Assembly (NCBI RefSeq): GCF_014280195.1
Contig: NZ_CP047960.1
Location: 1,110,001-1,142,000 of the forward strand
From: Synechococcus sp. A15-24
Lineage (GTDB): Bacteria; Cyanobacteriota; Cyanobacteriia; PCC-6307; Cyanobiaceae
DNA: 32,000 nt
Reading direction: 5' to 3'
The translations under genes were made by a program, and so were the position numbers. Below, piece after piece: positions 1-10,520 of the stretch; the first letter of the stretch is position 1; each line of letters begins with the position of its first letter. Below the pieces are notes generated by a model. It worked only from the letters and a program-made list of their open reading frames with translations, was not told where the DNA came from and did no database searches.

Positions 1-238
1 GCTTCAGTCCAGGGAACTGAAAGGCAGGGACGGGTGTTGACAGGTCGTTTCCCTGCGCCTTGCTGTAGCGGAGAAAGGCTTCGGTCATGACGCAGCAGAT
101 GCTGTGCTGACCGAGGTCGCTGGGATCGGTTTGGCAGGTCCCGTTTCGATACCAACCGGTAATCGGTGAGCAACCGCACACCTGCAGAGGCTTCCCGAGA
201 ACGTTGAGAGGGGCAGAAGGTGCTGTTGAGCTGGCCAT
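1..238 (-). CDS. DUF2237-family protein, N-terminal part only (3' end lies outside the window)
   Basis: Not in the ORF track. My own minus-strand translation from the ATG at 236-238 gives MASSTAPSAPLNVLGKPLQVCGCSPITGWYRNGTCQTDPSDLGQHSICCVMTEAFLRYSKAQGNDLSTPVPAFQFPGLK and stays open to base 1. The C..P.TGWYRNG.C ... H..C ... FL.YS...GNDLSTP pattern is what I remember for DUF2237. Confidence 0.7.
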   Translation of the reverse strand, partial: MASSTAPSAPLNVLGKPLQVCGCSPITGWYRNGTCQTDPSDLGQHSICCVMTEAFLRYSKAQGNDLSTPVPAFQFPGLK

Positions 239-349
239 CCGGACAGGAATCACAGGGGCAGTCTGCCGAAGGAGTGGCACATTTTGACGTCAGACAGTTG
301 ACGACCCCCTGGGGGAACGCGGTAAAGGTCATTCAGTCATGTCCACTCG

Positions 350-580
350 ATGGATTGGGAGTTCACGGAAGACGCTGCGTTCCTGGCGCTCTGCGATGCC
401 TTTCGCGAGAGCGGTGAGAGCTCAGCGATTGAGTTCCTGGCCAACGGTGAAGGGGCCTTTCACTTCCAGGACTTGGCCCAGAACGCCGCCGGTGAAGGAA
501 TCGACCTCAGTGAGTCGAATGCTCTGGAGGAGTTTCAGCAGGAGGTGATCGACACCATGGAGAAGCTCTGTCAGGGGTGA
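350..580 (+). CDS. small acidic hypothetical protein (76 aa)
   Basis: ATG-initiated ORF with G/C-rich third codon positions and a balanced, strongly acidic composition. The overlapping alternative-frame ORFs are R/S/W-rich junk. No family recognised. Confidence 0.55.
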   Translation: MDWEFTEDAAFLALCDAFRESGESSAIEFLANGEGAFHFQDLAQNAAGEGIDLSESNALEEFQQEVIDTMEKLCQG

Positions 581-614
581 ACCCAACAGAGCCTGTGGCC
601 GTTCAACTCCCGGA

Positions 615-887
615 TCAGCCGAAGTAAAAGGCAATCTCCTTGTCCTTCAGACCGTCCCAACCGGCATCGAGCAGTCGTTGGTTCAGGCTTTCCCGGTCGA
701 AGTGCTTCGCTCCGGTCTTCACCACCCGGTTCCGCATCGACTTGAGCACGCCGCTGCGGGCGCGCTGGCTTTCCAGGTCCATGACTTCGTTGTAGAGCGC
801 CAGCATCGGTTTTGGGATCGGGGAACCATCGAGATCAATACCCGCCTTGATGGCGGCATCCACGCCATCGGGTCCGGCAATCGCCAT
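615..887 (-). CDS. conserved hypothetical protein (90 aa)
   Basis: The 220-aa track ORF runs into metH. Only the part from the internal ATG at 885-887 (MAIAGPDGVDAAIKAGIDLDG...KEIAFYFG) lies outside metH and has protein-like composition. It may be a small cyanobacteria-specific DUF, but I cannot name it reliably. Confidence 0.6.
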   Translation of the reverse strand: MAIAGPDGVDAAIKAGIDLDGSPIPKPMLALYNEVMDLESQRARSGVLKSMRNRVVKTGAKHFDRESLNQRLLDAGWDGLKDKEIAFYFG

Positions 888-912
888 GATCTGCTGAAAA
901 GGGCGACTTAGG

Positions 913-3900
913 TTATGCGCTGAAGTAGCGGGCCTTGGTGTGCAGCGCCACCAGTGCCGTCGTGCTCTGCTCGGGGGACAGCTGATCGCTGGCATCCATC
1001 GACAGACCAATGCGGTTTGCCCCGAGCCAGAAGAGTTGCTGGCGTGAATCGGCCACGTTCGGGCAAGCGGGGTATCCAAAGGAGTAGCGACTGCCTCGGT
1101 AGCGCTGGGCCAAGACATCCCGCAGTGGCATGCCGTCCGGATCAGCAAAGCCAAGTTCGCGGCGGATGCGGGCGTGGACCCATTCCGCCATCGCTTCGGC
1201 CATCTGAACCGCCAGGCCGTGGAAGTAGAGGTAATCGCTGTATTGATCGCCCTTGAACAGCTCCTGGGCCACCTCACTGGCCTTGTCTCCCATGGTCACC
1301 GCCTGCATCGGCAGGACATCGGCCGGTCGCCTGTCGGCTGTCATGTCCTGAAAGAAGTCAGCAATGCAGTAGCGGTTGCCGGAGCGTTGGCGTGGAAGGT
1401 CGAAACGGCCAAGCTCAGTCTCTCCATTGGCATCAAAGACCCTTAGGGAATTGCCATCGCGACCGACAGGGAAATATCCGTAGGCAGCCCTTGGGGTGAG
1501 CAACGATTCCTGCAGGCATCGATCCATCCACTGCTGCAGAACCGGTTCAGCCTTCTCCTTCAACATCGCGTCGTACTCATCACGCGACTGCTGCTGGGTT
1601 TTGCGTAGTTGCCACTGTCCGGCAAACAGGGCGTTGCGATCAAGAAAGCCGAACACCTCTTCAATGTCGACGTCTGCTTCTGTGATGACAACTGACCCCA
1701 GGAATGGGGCTGAAGGTGTTGGCTCCGCCGGCACGGCTTCGGATCGATCGGTACTAACCGGCAGCTGTGGGGATGGTGCGTCCTGCTGTGACTTTTCATC
1801 AGCAGTGGAGCGTTCAACAGTCGGCGATTCAGTCTCCTCATCGAGGCCGACACCGCTTGGGGCGTCGGTGATGAAGCCTTCAAGGTTGTCCCAGTTGTCA
1901 TTGCCCTTGGCATCCATCAGGGCATCCATGAAGCGCAGATCAGCGAAGGCATCACGGCCATAGATGACCTTTCCGTTGTAGACCTCGCGGCAATCTTTCT
2001 GGACAAATCGAGGTGTCAGGGCAGCACCACCAAGAATGACGGGAACATCAATGCCGGCATCGTTGAACGCCTTGAGGTTGTCCTTCATGAATGCCGTGGA
2101 CTTCACCAGCAGACCACTCATGGCGATGCAATCAGACTGGTGTTCGTGTTGGGCTTCCACAATCGCTTCACAGCTTTGTTTGATACCGAGATTGACCACC
2201 TCGTAGCCGTTGTTGGTGAGGATGATGTCCACCAGGTTCTTGCCAATGTCGTGGACATCGCCCTTCACGGTTGCGATCAGGAACTTGCCCTTGCTCGTGC
2301 TTTCGCCTTCTGCTGTCTCCATATGAGGCTCCAAATAAGCCACGGCAGATTTCATCGTCTCGGCGCTTTGCAGCACGAAGGGAAGCTGCATCTGGCCGCT
2401 GCCGAACAATTCACCCACCACCTTCATTCCATCCAGCAGGAAGGTGTTGATGATCTGTAGGGGCGGATAGGACTTCAGCGCCTCATCCAGAGACGGCTCA
2501 AGGCCGATGCGCTCTCCATCAATGATGTGCTGCTTGAGCCGTTCTTCAATTGGCAGATCGGCCAGCGAGGGGCCTGAAGCCCGGGCTTCCTTGGCGCTGA
2601 CGCCCTCGAACAGCTTGGTGAGTTCAGTGAGCGGGTCGTAAACGCAGATTCCATCGTCGAAGCGACGGTTGTCGTTGATCAGATCACGGCAAACCGTCTG
2701 GTGTTCTTCAGTGATCTTGATCAGCGGCAGAATTTTGGCAGGGCTGACGATGGCTGCATCCATGCCGGCTTCACAGCAGTCATGCAGGAAGACGGAGTTG
2801 AGCGTGATCCGGGCTGCGGGCGAGAGACCGAAACTGACGTTGCTGACCCCCAGCACCACGTGAACCCCGGGGAGGTTTTCACGGATCATGCGAATGGAGT
2901 CGACGGTGGCCTTGCCATTGAGCCGGTCTTCTTCGATGCCGGTGGAAATCGGCAGCGCCAGGGGGTCGTAAAAGATTTCATGGGCCGGGATGCCGAACTC
3001 CAGGGCATCGCGATAGGCCCGCTGGGCGATGGCGAACTTTTTCTCGGCCGTGCGAGCCATGCCGTCTTCATCGATGGTTCCCACCACCACGCCAGCGCCG
3101 TAGCGACGAGCCAGCTCCAGCACCTTGAAGAAGCGTTCGTCCCCGTCCTCGTAGTTGGTCGAGTTGAGGATGCACTTACCCCCAGCAACCTTGAGGCCAG
3201 CTTCCATTTTCTGCCACTCGGTGGAGTCGAGCATCAGCGGCAGGTTGACGTTGGTGACCAGACGGCTCACCAGCTGATGCATATCCTGCTCGCCATCGCG
3301 ACCGACGTAGTCGACGTTGACGTCCAAAACGTGGGCGTTCTCCTTCACCTGCCCGCGGGCCACGGACACCAGACCGTCCCAGTCCTCTTCCGCCAGCAGT
3401 TCGCGCACCTTGCGGCTGCCGCTGGCGTTGAGCCGCTCACCAATGATCAGGAAGGAGTTGTCCTGTTGGTACGGGGTAACCCCGTAGATCGATGCCGCAG
3501 CCGGTTCGTAGTTGAGGGCTGGACGAACGTCCGCATCGGAGGCAGCCCCGTGGCGTGAGCTGCGTTGGGCCGGTTTGAGCTCCGCAGCCAGCTCTGCCAG
3601 CGATCCGATGTGACTCGGGGTGGTGCCACAGCAACCACCGATCACCTGCACGCCCAGATCTTCAACGAAGTGCATCAGCTGCATCTTCAGTTCCACTGGA
3701 GTGAGCCGGTAGTGGGCCACGCCACCAATGTTTTCCGGCAGACCGGCGTTGGGAATGCAGCTCACCGTGAACGGGGAGTGCTCGGAGAGATAGCGGATGT
3801 GCTCCTTCATCTGCTCCGGTCCGGTGGCGCAGTTGAGCCCGAGAATGTCGATCGGAAACGGCTCAAGAATCGACACCACGGCAGCGATGTCTGTGCCGAC

Positions 3901-4542
3901 GAGCATCGTTCCGGTGGTTTCCATGGTCACGGACACCATCAGCGCCCGCCGCTCACCGGTGGCTGCAAACGCTTCTTCAATGCCCTGCAGCGCGGCCTTG
4001 ATCTGCAGAACGTCCTGGCAGGTCTCAACGATGAACAGGTCAACATCGCCGGCAATAAGTCCTTCGGCCTGTTCCCGGAAGGACTCGCGCATCGTGTCGA
4101 AGTCGATGTGGCCCAGGGTCGGCAGCTTTGTGGTTGGACCCATGGACCCCGCCACGAAGCGGGGCTTCTCAGGGGTGCTGAATTCATCGGCCATTTCTCG
4201 GGCCAGTTCAGCCGCCCGTTTGTTGAGTTCAAAGGCTTTGTCTTCAAGCCCGTATTCCGCGAGAACGATCGAGGCGGCTCCAAAGGTGTCGGTTTCGATC
4301 ACATCGCAGCCAACTTCGAGGAACTGACGATGCACCGCTTTCACCGCCTCGGGTTTAGTGACAGCCAGATTTTCGTTGCAGCCCTCCAACTCAGGGCCAC
4401 CGAAATCCTCGGCGGTCAGGTCGAGGCCCTGGAGGCTGGTGCCCGTGGCCCCGTCAAACACCAACACGGGCCGTTCCGCCCCGTTGAGGTGATCCAGGAA
4501 GCGGGAGTTGGTGAGTTGCCGGGATGCCTGCGCTATCACCAT
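913..4542 (-). CDS. metH: cobalamin-dependent methionine synthase
   Basis: The 1209-aa ORF shows all MetH modules in order: a homocysteine-binding domain (GGCCGTTP), a pterin-binding domain, a B12-binding domain with the GDVHDIGKN (DxHxxG) motif, and a C-terminal AdoMet reactivation domain. Confidence 0.97.
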   Translation of the reverse strand: MVIAQASRQLTNSRFLDHLNGAERPVLVFDGATGTSLQGLDLTAEDFGGPELEGCNENLAVTKPEAVKAVHRQFLEVGCDVIETDTFGAASIVLAEYGLEDKAFELNKRAAELAREMADEFSTPEKPRFVAGSMGPTTKLPTLGHIDFDTMRESFREQAEGLIAGDVDLFIVETCQDVLQIKAALQGIEEAFAATGERRALMVSVTMETTGTMLVGTDIAAVVSILEPFPIDILGLNCATGPEQMKEHIRYLSEHSPFTVSCIPNAGLPENIGGVAHYRLTPVELKMQLMHFVEDLGVQVIGGCCGTTPSHIGSLAELAAELKPAQRSSRHGAASDADVRPALNYEPAAASIYGVTPYQQDNSFLIIGERLNASGSRKVRELLAEEDWDGLVSVARGQVKENAHVLDVNVDYVGRDGEQDMHQLVSRLVTNVNLPLMLDSTEWQKMEAGLKVAGGKCILNSTNYEDGDERFFKVLELARRYGAGVVVGTIDEDGMARTAEKKFAIAQRAYRDALEFGIPAHEIFYDPLALPISTGIEEDRLNGKATVDSIRMIRENLPGVHVVLGVSNVSFGLSPAARITLNSVFLHDCCEAGMDAAIVSPAKILPLIKITEEHQTVCRDLINDNRRFDDGICVYDPLTELTKLFEGVSAKEARASGPSLADLPIEERLKQHIIDGERIGLEPSLDEALKSYPPLQIINTFLLDGMKVVGELFGSGQMQLPFVLQSAETMKSAVAYLEPHMETAEGESTSKGKFLIATVKGDVHDIGKNLVDIILTNNGYEVVNLGIKQSCEAIVEAQHEHQSDCIAMSGLLVKSTAFMKDNLKAFNDAGIDVPVILGGAALTPRFVQKDCREVYNGKVIYGRDAFADLRFMDALMDAKGNDNWDNLEGFITDAPSGVGLDEETESPTVERSTADEKSQQDAPSPQLPVSTDRSEAVPAEPTPSAPFLGSVVITEADVDIEEVFGFLDRNALFAGQWQLRKTQQQSRDEYDAMLKEKAEPVLQQWMDRCLQESLLTPRAAYGYFPVGRDGNSLRVFDANGETELGRFDLPRQRSGNRYCIADFFQDMTADRRPADVLPMQAVTMGDKASEVAQELFKGDQYSDYLYFHGLAVQMAEAMAEWVHARIRRELGFADPDGMPLRDVLAQRYRGSRYSFGYPACPNVADSRQQLFWLGANRIGLSMDASDQLSPEQSTTALVALHTKARYFSA

Positions 4543-4592
4543 GTCTTCCGATCCTTGTTGGGCCTGATCTTAGGAAAAGCTCAATGCAAACC

Positions 4593-5507
4593 TCACGCGA
4601 TCGGGATTCGGGTCACCCAGTGTTCATAGGCCGGATCTCGCCCTTCGGTGATCGCCACCAACCGCGTCTTCAGTGCGGTCATCACCGGTCGATCCGTGTT
4701 CATCTGCGTTGATTCGATCTGGCGGATCGGTGTGATCTTCGCTGCCGTGCCGGTGAGGAAGACCTCATCGGCGATGAACAGCTCTGTTTTGTCCACAGGG
4801 CGTTCCACCACAGGAATTTGCATGGCCTTGGCCAGTTCGATCACGCTTGCCCGGGTGATGCCCTCAAGAATGTCCTGGTCAACGCCTGGTGTGATCAGCT
4901 GACCGTCGCGAACCAGGAACAGATTCATGCCGCTGGCTTCGCTGATCTTGCCGCGACTGTTCAACAGCAGAGCCTCGTCGAATCCGCTCTGGACGGCCTC
5001 GGTCTTGGCCAGAGAACTGGTGATGTAGGCACCAGAGATCTTGCCGCGCAGGGGGAGGGAACGGTCCTCCTGTCTCGTCCAACTGCTGATGCGGCAACTG
5101 ACGCCGTCCGGTGAGAGGTAATCCCCCAGCGGCAACCCGTAAATCAGGAAATCGGTCTCGATGTCGTGCAACCGCGGCGCGATGCCGAGATCACTGGTGT
5201 ACACGAACGGTCGCAGATAGATGGGTTGCTGCGGTTTGTTCGCCTGCAGCATCGCCGTCAACGCTTCGAGAATCGTTGCTTCGCTCAGATCAGTGAGCAA
5301 CAACCGTGCGCTCTGGCTTAATCGCCGTGCATGGCGATCGGCACGAAACAACAGCATCGATCCGCTGCTCTGCGGATCAGGAATGGCGCGCATGCCGCCG
5401 AACGCACCTGTGCCGTAATGAAGGGCGTGGGTTGCGATGGAGATCCTGGCCTCTTCGAAAGGCACGCACTGACCCTGAAACCAGGCGTAGGGCAGGAACT
5501 GATGCAT
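4593..5507 (-). CDS. ilvE: branched-chain amino acid aminotransferase (PLP fold type IV)
   Basis: 304 aa. The N-terminus (WFQGQCVPFEEARISIATHALHYGTGAFGGMRA) and the overall length are typical of IlvE. Confidence 0.92.
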   Translation of the reverse strand: MHQFLPYAWFQGQCVPFEEARISIATHALHYGTGAFGGMRAIPDPQSSGSMLLFRADRHARRLSQSARLLLTDLSEATILEALTAMLQANKPQQPIYLRPFVYTSDLGIAPRLHDIETDFLIYGLPLGDYLSPDGVSCRISSWTRQEDRSLPLRGKISGAYITSSLAKTEAVQSGFDEALLLNSRGKISEASGMNLFLVRDGQLITPGVDQDILEGITRASVIELAKAMQIPVVERPVDKTELFIADEVFLTGTAAKITPIRQIESTQMNTDRPVMTALKTRLVAITEGRDPAYEHWVTRIPIA

Positions 5508-5556
5508 CGCTGGGGGAAACCCGATAGTTGAATCTTCTCACCACCGGCTGCCTCGC

Positions 5557-5562
5557 AAGGAG
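5557..5562 (+). promoter_or_regulatory. Shine-Dalgarno-like AAGGAG, 9 nt upstream of the cobN ATG
   Basis: The sequence caAGGAGaatggcgtcATG is read directly. This is one of the few strong SD matches in the window. Confidence 0.5.
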
Positions 5563-5571
5563 AATGGCGTC

Positions 5572-8500
5572 ATGCACCGTCTTGCCAGTTGCCCGGGCAT
5601 TGATCCTCCCGAGGATGTGGTGCTCGTCGAGCAACCCCCGGCGGATGTTCTGCTTCTCTCCAGTGCAGGTACCGACCTCAGCTGCCTTGAATCAGTGGTG
5701 CAGGCCTCCCCTGACTGGAGCAGCCGAATCAGGGCTCTCCATCTCGACAACCTCAGTCATCCGGCCCAGCTCGACCATTACCTCGCCTCCACTGCGACGC
5801 AGGCTCGTTTGATTGTGGTGCGCCTGCTGGGCAGCCGTGGCCACTGGAGTTATGGGTTGGAGCAGCTCCAGCGCTGGAGTGACGAAGGCGCCGATCGACA
5901 ACTGCTGGTGCTGGCTGGAACGGTTGATCAGCAGGGGGATCTGCATGGGATCGGCACCGTGGTGCCCGCACTTGCGGATCGTCTTGCGGCCCTGCTGCGG
6001 GAAGGGGGCGAGACCAACATGGCCAGGCTGCTCGACGCCATTCAGGCACTGCTGAACGGAACGCCACCGGACAGCGAGGAGATCGCTTTGGTGCCCCTGG
6101 CCGATCCCTTCCCCTGGGACTGGCAGGACGATCCTGGTGCCACCGTTGGAGTGGTTCTTTACCGCGCCCAGTTACAGGCCGGGGACACCGCTCTGGCGCA
6201 GCACCTGAATCAGGCCCTGCGGGAGCGTGGCCTTCGGCCTCGTCTGATCTGGGTGAGCAGCCTGAGGGACCCCGCCGTCCAGGCCGGTGTCCTCGATCTG
6301 CTCCGCAGCCAGGGTGCTCAGGTCGTGATCACCGGAACGGCCTTCGCCTCCGTCACGACGGAGCAAGCCGGCCTAGGAAGTGCCCTTTGGGACAGCCTGG
6401 ACCGACCGGTGCTGCAGCTGCTGACCGCCGGCACCAGCCGGGAGCGTTGGCAGCAGTCCAGCCGTGGCCTGGAACCCCTGGACCTGTCGCTGCAGGTGGT
6501 GATGCCGGAACTGGACGCTCGGGTCACCACCCGCCCATGCGCATTCCGGCAGGCACGCCCCCCCCTCGGAGAACTCGCCACTGCAATCACGACGCAACAA
6601 CCGGATCGGGACGGCATCAACTGGCTAGTGGAGCACGCAGCCCGCTGGATTGATCTCCAGGACACGCCTGCCGAGCATCGTCGGGTGGCCATGGTGTTGG
6701 CCAACTATCCGGTGCGGGATGGGCGTGTGGCCAACGGGGTTGGGCTGGATACCCCGGCCAGCGTGGTCAACATCATCGGTTGGCTGGCCGATGCGGGTTA
6801 TCAACTTGGCGAGCACCCCATACCCTCCAACGGCGATCGATTGATTGCGTCGTTGCTGGCGGGACGTACCAACTCAGCCGAGGGCCGTTATCGCCCGCCC
6901 CTTGATCACCTGCCGCTGGAGACCTACCAAGCCTGGTGGGACACCATTCCAAGCGAGGCCAAGGCACGGATCATCAGCCGCTGGGGTGACCCGCAGCAGG
7001 CCTGTGATCTCGATGGGGAGCGAGGGTTTGCCATTCATGGGTTGCACTATGGGCATCTGGTGGTGCTCCTGCAGCCGGACCGGGGCTATGACCCGGATCA
7101 GATCGCTGATCTGCATTCGCCGGACCTGCCGCCACCGCACCGCTACCTGGCTCAGTACCTTTGGTTACGAGACGTCCACGGCAGCCAGGTGATGGTGCAT
7201 GTGGGCAAGCACGGCAGTGCTGAATGGTTGCCGGGCAAGGGGGTCGGTCTCAGTGCGGCCTGTGGCCCCCATCTCGCCCTTGGTGCGTTGCCGCATCTTT
7301 ACCCCTTCATTGTCAACGACCCAGGGGAGGGATCCCAGGCCAAACGTCGGGGCCATGCGGTGGTGCTGGATCACCTCACCCCACCCTTGGGCCGCGCCGG
7401 TCTTCACGGCGGCCTTCAGAAACTTGAGGGACTGCTGGATGAACTGGTGGAAGCCCGACAGCTCGGTGGTGAGCGCACCCAGGTGTTGGAAAACCAGGTG
7501 CTCAGCACCCTTCAGGATCTGGACTGGCCAGGGATCCCGAGCCGACGAGAGCTGAAGCAGCACCCGGAGCGACTCAACAGCTGTCTTGACCAGGCGGAAA
7601 CCTATCTCTGCGAGTTGAAGGAGTCGCAGATCCGCACGGGTCTGCATCGCTTTGGCCAGTGCCCAGACGACGCTGCCATGACAGAGCTGCTGATGGCCTT
7701 GGCGCGTCCACCGTTGCAGGGTCAGCCTGGCCTGACGCAATTGATGGCCCGGAAAGCTGGCTTGGAATTCGACCCCTGGTCTCAGGACGGCGGAGAAGCC
7801 CTCGATCCAGCCGACCGCGCGCGATTGGAAGCGCTCGGTTGTCAGCGCTGCCGCCGGGTGGGTGATGGCAGCGCGTGGTTGGAGCAACAGGCCTTGTTGA
7901 TCCTCAGACAGCTCGTGCACCACGAGCAGGCCGTGGATCTGGCAACACCGTTTCTATCACTGGTTGAGACATCAGCGGACCTGAGGCAACGCTGCCTGGA
8001 GCTGTGGAAACGCTTGAAGGGTTGTGGCGAGGCAGAACGTCAGGGGCTGATGCGGGGTCTGGAGGGCCGCCGCATCGTTGCTGGTCCCTCTGGGGCCCCC
8101 AGTCGTGGCCGACCGGATGTGCTGCCCACCGGTCGTAATTTCTATTCCGTGGATCTCCGTGGGCTGCCGACGGAGGTGGCATGGGACCTCGGCCGCCGCT
8201 CCGCCGAACGCTTGCTGGATCTGCATCTTCAGGATGAAGGTGAACCCCTGCGCCACCTGGCTCTGTCGGTGTGGGGGACCGCCACGATGCGCAATGGTGG
8301 TGAAGACATTGCCCAACTGCTGGCGCTGATCGGCGTCCGCCCTGTCTGGGATGGCCCCAGCCGGCGTCTGGTGGATCTGGAGGTGATCCCTGCTGATCTC
8401 CTGGGGCGACCTCGGGTGGATGTGGTGCTGAGGATCTCCGGTCTGTTCCGGGATGCGTTCCCGCATCTGGTGAGCTGGGTGAACCAGGCACAGCAGATGG

Positions 8501-9300
8501 TGGCTTTGCTGGAGGAACCAGAGGAGATAAACCCTCTGGCCGGCCTCACCCGTCGTGATGGCCCGCAAGGACGAATCTATGGATCCGCCCCCGGTGCTTA
8601 TGGCGCTGGGCTGCAGGCCTTGATCGACAGCGGTGCCTGGGAGTCGCGCAGGGATCTTGGTGAAGCCTTTCTGTGCTGGAGCCAGTGGCGCTACGACGGT
8701 CCAGCGGAACCCGTTGCCGATCGCTCCGGTCTGGAGCAGGCCCTGTCGTCTGTTGAGGCGATACTGCACAACCAGGACAACCGCGAGCATGATCTGCTCG
8801 ATTCCGACGATTATTACCAGTTTCACGGTGGCCTCAGTGCTGCAGCCGAGCAGGTGTCCGGTCAGCGTCCCCAGTTGTGGTTCGGTGATCATTCACGCCG
8901 CGAGCGTCCCCGACTGCATCGGCTGGAGAAGGAGCTGGACAAGGTGATGCGCAGTCGCATGCTCAATCCCCGTTGGATCGAAGGGATGCAGCAGCACGGG
9001 TACAAGGGTGCGTTTGAGATGGGGGCGAGCCTGGATTACCTGTTCGCCTATGACGCTGCGACCGACCGCGTCCCGGACTGGTGCTACGGAGCACTGTGCG
9101 ATCGCTGGCTGGCGGATCCCGTGAACCAGACCTTTCTCAGCGATCGCAACCCCTGGGTCCTGCGGGACATGGCAGAGCGACTGCTCGAAGCGTCCAATCG
9201 AGGTCTATGGACTGGCGCCAACGAGAATCAACTTGCTTTGCTGAAGGAATTGATCAACAGCAGCGAAGCAAGGATCGAACGCGGTGCCCTTACTTGTTGA
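5572..9300 (+). CDS. cobN: cobaltochelatase large subunit CobN
   Basis: 1242 aa, with CobN/Mg-chelatase H-family length and blocks (HVGKHGSAEWLPGK, FIVNDPGEGSQAKRR, GPSGAPSRGRPDVLPTGRNFYS). Confidence 0.95.
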   Translation: MHRLASCPGIDPPEDVVLVEQPPADVLLLSSAGTDLSCLESVVQASPDWSSRIRALHLDNLSHPAQLDHYLASTATQARLIVVRLLGSRGHWSYGLEQLQRWSDEGADRQLLVLAGTVDQQGDLHGIGTVVPALADRLAALLREGGETNMARLLDAIQALLNGTPPDSEEIALVPLADPFPWDWQDDPGATVGVVLYRAQLQAGDTALAQHLNQALRERGLRPRLIWVSSLRDPAVQAGVLDLLRSQGAQVVITGTAFASVTTEQAGLGSALWDSLDRPVLQLLTAGTSRERWQQSSRGLEPLDLSLQVVMPELDARVTTRPCAFRQARPPLGELATAITTQQPDRDGINWLVEHAARWIDLQDTPAEHRRVAMVLANYPVRDGRVANGVGLDTPASVVNIIGWLADAGYQLGEHPIPSNGDRLIASLLAGRTNSAEGRYRPPLDHLPLETYQAWWDTIPSEAKARIISRWGDPQQACDLDGERGFAIHGLHYGHLVVLLQPDRGYDPDQIADLHSPDLPPPHRYLAQYLWLRDVHGSQVMVHVGKHGSAEWLPGKGVGLSAACGPHLALGALPHLYPFIVNDPGEGSQAKRRGHAVVLDHLTPPLGRAGLHGGLQKLEGLLDELVEARQLGGERTQVLENQVLSTLQDLDWPGIPSRRELKQHPERLNSCLDQAETYLCELKESQIRTGLHRFGQCPDDAAMTELLMALARPPLQGQPGLTQLMARKAGLEFDPWSQDGGEALDPADRARLEALGCQRCRRVGDGSAWLEQQALLILRQLVHHEQAVDLATPFLSLVETSADLRQRCLELWKRLKGCGEAERQGLMRGLEGRRIVAGPSGAPSRGRPDVLPTGRNFYSVDLRGLPTEVAWDLGRRSAERLLDLHLQDEGEPLRHLALSVWGTATMRNGGEDIAQLLALIGVRPVWDGPSRRLVDLEVIPADLLGRPRVDVVLRISGLFRDAFPHLVSWVNQAQQMVALLEEPEEINPLAGLTRRDGPQGRIYGSAPGAYGAGLQALIDSGAWESRRDLGEAFLCWSQWRYDGPAEPVADRSGLEQALSSVEAILHNQDNREHDLLDSDDYYQFHGGLSAAAEQVSGQRPQLWFGDHSRRERPRLHRLEKELDKVMRSRMLNPRWIEGMQQHGYKGAFEMGASLDYLFAYDAATDRVPDWCYGALCDRWLADPVNQTFLSDRNPWVLRDMAERLLEASNRGLWTGANENQLALLKELINSSEARIERGALTC

Positions 9301-9844
9301 GGTCCCGAACCATCTGGCGGAAGGGATCGATGGAGCCTGGCTTAGATGAAGCTGCGGCCTGGCCGACCTTGGCTTGAGGGGCTTCCTCCGCTTTGAAGAT
9401 CTCCTTACGAGCGACGGGTGCAGCGTTCGCGGCAGCAGGCGTATTCACGGAGGTTACGGCCGTTCCGCGCAGCCGCTTGTTCATCTCTTCAGTGGTGACC
9501 TGTTCGGCAAAGGTCTTCTTCACGGGCTTGGGAATGCCCGCCGTCAGATCAATCGACTCCTCTTTCTTCACCGAGTCGCCAAGACCTTCACTGCGCTTAT
9601 CCACGGATTCGGTTTCCGCGGCCACCGTCATGATCTGTTCCTTCGTGCCGGGGCTGTCGACGGTGCCTGGGAAGGTGCGGCGAATTGTCTTCGACTCGCG
9701 CATGTAATTCACATCTCCAAGGGAGGAGGAGGAATCTGCATCCAGGAAGAACTCTGCCGGTTTCTCCTTGGCTGGCTTGCGTGGCTTGATCGTGTTGTCG
9801 GAATCCTGCGAGTCCTTTTTCAGCAGACGATCAAAGAAGCCCAT
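9290..9844 (-). CDS. hypothetical K/E/S/T-rich, probably intrinsically disordered protein (184 aa)
   Basis: ATG start (MGFFDRLLKK...). The codon third positions I read by hand are G/C-biased. The plus-strand alternative ORFs are R/G-rich. The 3' end overlaps the cobN stop by 11 nt. Confidence 0.65.
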   Translation of the reverse strand: MGFFDRLLKKDSQDSDNTIKPRKPAKEKPAEFFLDADSSSSLGDVNYMRESKTIRRTFPGTVDSPGTKEQIMTVAAETESVDKRSEGLGDSVKKEESIDLTAGIPKPVKKTFAEQVTTEEMNKRLRGTAVTSVNTPAAANAAPVARKEIFKAEEAPQAKVGQAAASSKPGSIDPFRQMVRDLNK

Positions 9845-9871
9845 GTCGACCAGAACTGAGATGGGATGAAC

Positions 9872-10519
9872 TTAGCGGCCACCAAGGTCGATTCCGTGAC
9901 TGTCGGTGCCACAAGTACGCAAAAGGCCAAGGTTTGCCAGTTGGCGGTCGATGGCCTCACAGATCATTGGGCTGGGTGCCCACACCGTCTGCATGTCGTA
10001 GTCGTACCAGGCTTCACCACCGTCAAACCCAAGTCGAGCGGCCTCATCGATCAGCACGTCATGGCCAAGTCGATAGCGGGCTGGATGAGCCAGAACAGCC
10101 AGACCCCCTGCCGCGTGAATCGCCTTAAGCACCGCGTCTGCCCGGAGGGCCTCTCCCACCACGGCATCGCCGCGGTTATAGGGCTCCAGGGCCGCATGCC
10201 CGGGTTCAAACCCCAGTGCCAGCACATGAACAAGGCATCCTTTGAGCAGACAGCTGATTTCCATGCCGGTCCACAACGTCGGCACCACGGCCCCTGCATC
10301 TCGTTGTGCCTGGAGCCAATCCGCCATCGGTTGAAAGGCCCGTACGCTGTGGTGATCAGTCACGGCCAGATGGGAGAGCCCACGCTCTGATGCCTGGCGG
10401 ATCAGCTCAAGGGGCTCCAGGCTGCCGTCACTACAGATCGTGTGGCAGTGGAAGTTGAGGGAGCCCGGGCAGCTCTCGGGTCCGACATCAGCCAGGACGG
10501 AACGGAGTGGATGGCTCAT
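9872..10519 (-). CDS. PHP-domain metal-dependent phosphoesterase
   Basis: PHP signature LNFHCHTICSDGSL and later H/D metal ligands (VTDHH, LAHP, GTDSHG). I place the start at the internal ATG (MSHPLRSV...) at 10517-10519, because the longer track ORF would overlap hemJ by more than 100 nt. Confidence 0.8.
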   Translation of the reverse strand: MSHPLRSVLADVGPESCPGSLNFHCHTICSDGSLEPLELIRQASERGLSHLAVTDHHSVRAFQPMADWLQAQRDAGAVVPTLWTGMEISCLLKGCLVHVLALGFEPGHAALEPYNRGDAVVGEALRADAVLKAIHAAGGLAVLAHPARYRLGHDVLIDEAARLGFDGGEAWYDYDMQTVWAPSPMICEAIDRQLANLGLLRTCGTDSHGIDLGGR

Positions 10520-10520
10520 C

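Noticed and set aside
285-292. TGACGTCA palindrome and two TTGACG hexamers in the DUF2237/small-ORF divergent spacer
   Set aside because: An 8-bp palindrome is expected by chance at this scale, and I cannot tie it to a known cyanobacterial regulator. At most these are ordinary -35-like elements.
581-614. GTTCAACTCC-like string between the two convergent small ORFs that briefly resembled a tRNA T-loop
   Set aside because: The spacer is only 34 nt, no complementary T-stem or acceptor stem can be drawn, and the flanks are coding. It is not a tRNA.
1696-1878. About 60-aa acidic/Pro/Ser-rich low-complexity segment inside MetH ([20 protein letters not shown]...PTPSAPFLG)
   Set aside because: It sits at the known flexible linker between the B12-binding and AdoMet-reactivation domains. 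The total MetH length is normal. This is an ordinary inter-domain linker, not an insertion.
2701-4629. Long plus-strand ORFs (285 aa at 2701..3558 and 354 aa at 3565..4629, plus shorter ones) antisense to metH
   Set aside because: They lie entirely inside an unambiguous metH reading frame. Their composition is R/G/H/V-rich and not protein-like. They occupy the mirrored antisense frame that stays open by chance in GC-rich coding DNA.
7165-8892. Minus-strand ORFs of 252 aa (7165..7923) and 306 aa (7972..8892) antisense to cobN
   Set aside because: Same mirrored-frame artefact inside a well-supported 1242-aa CobN ORF. No recognisable motifs.
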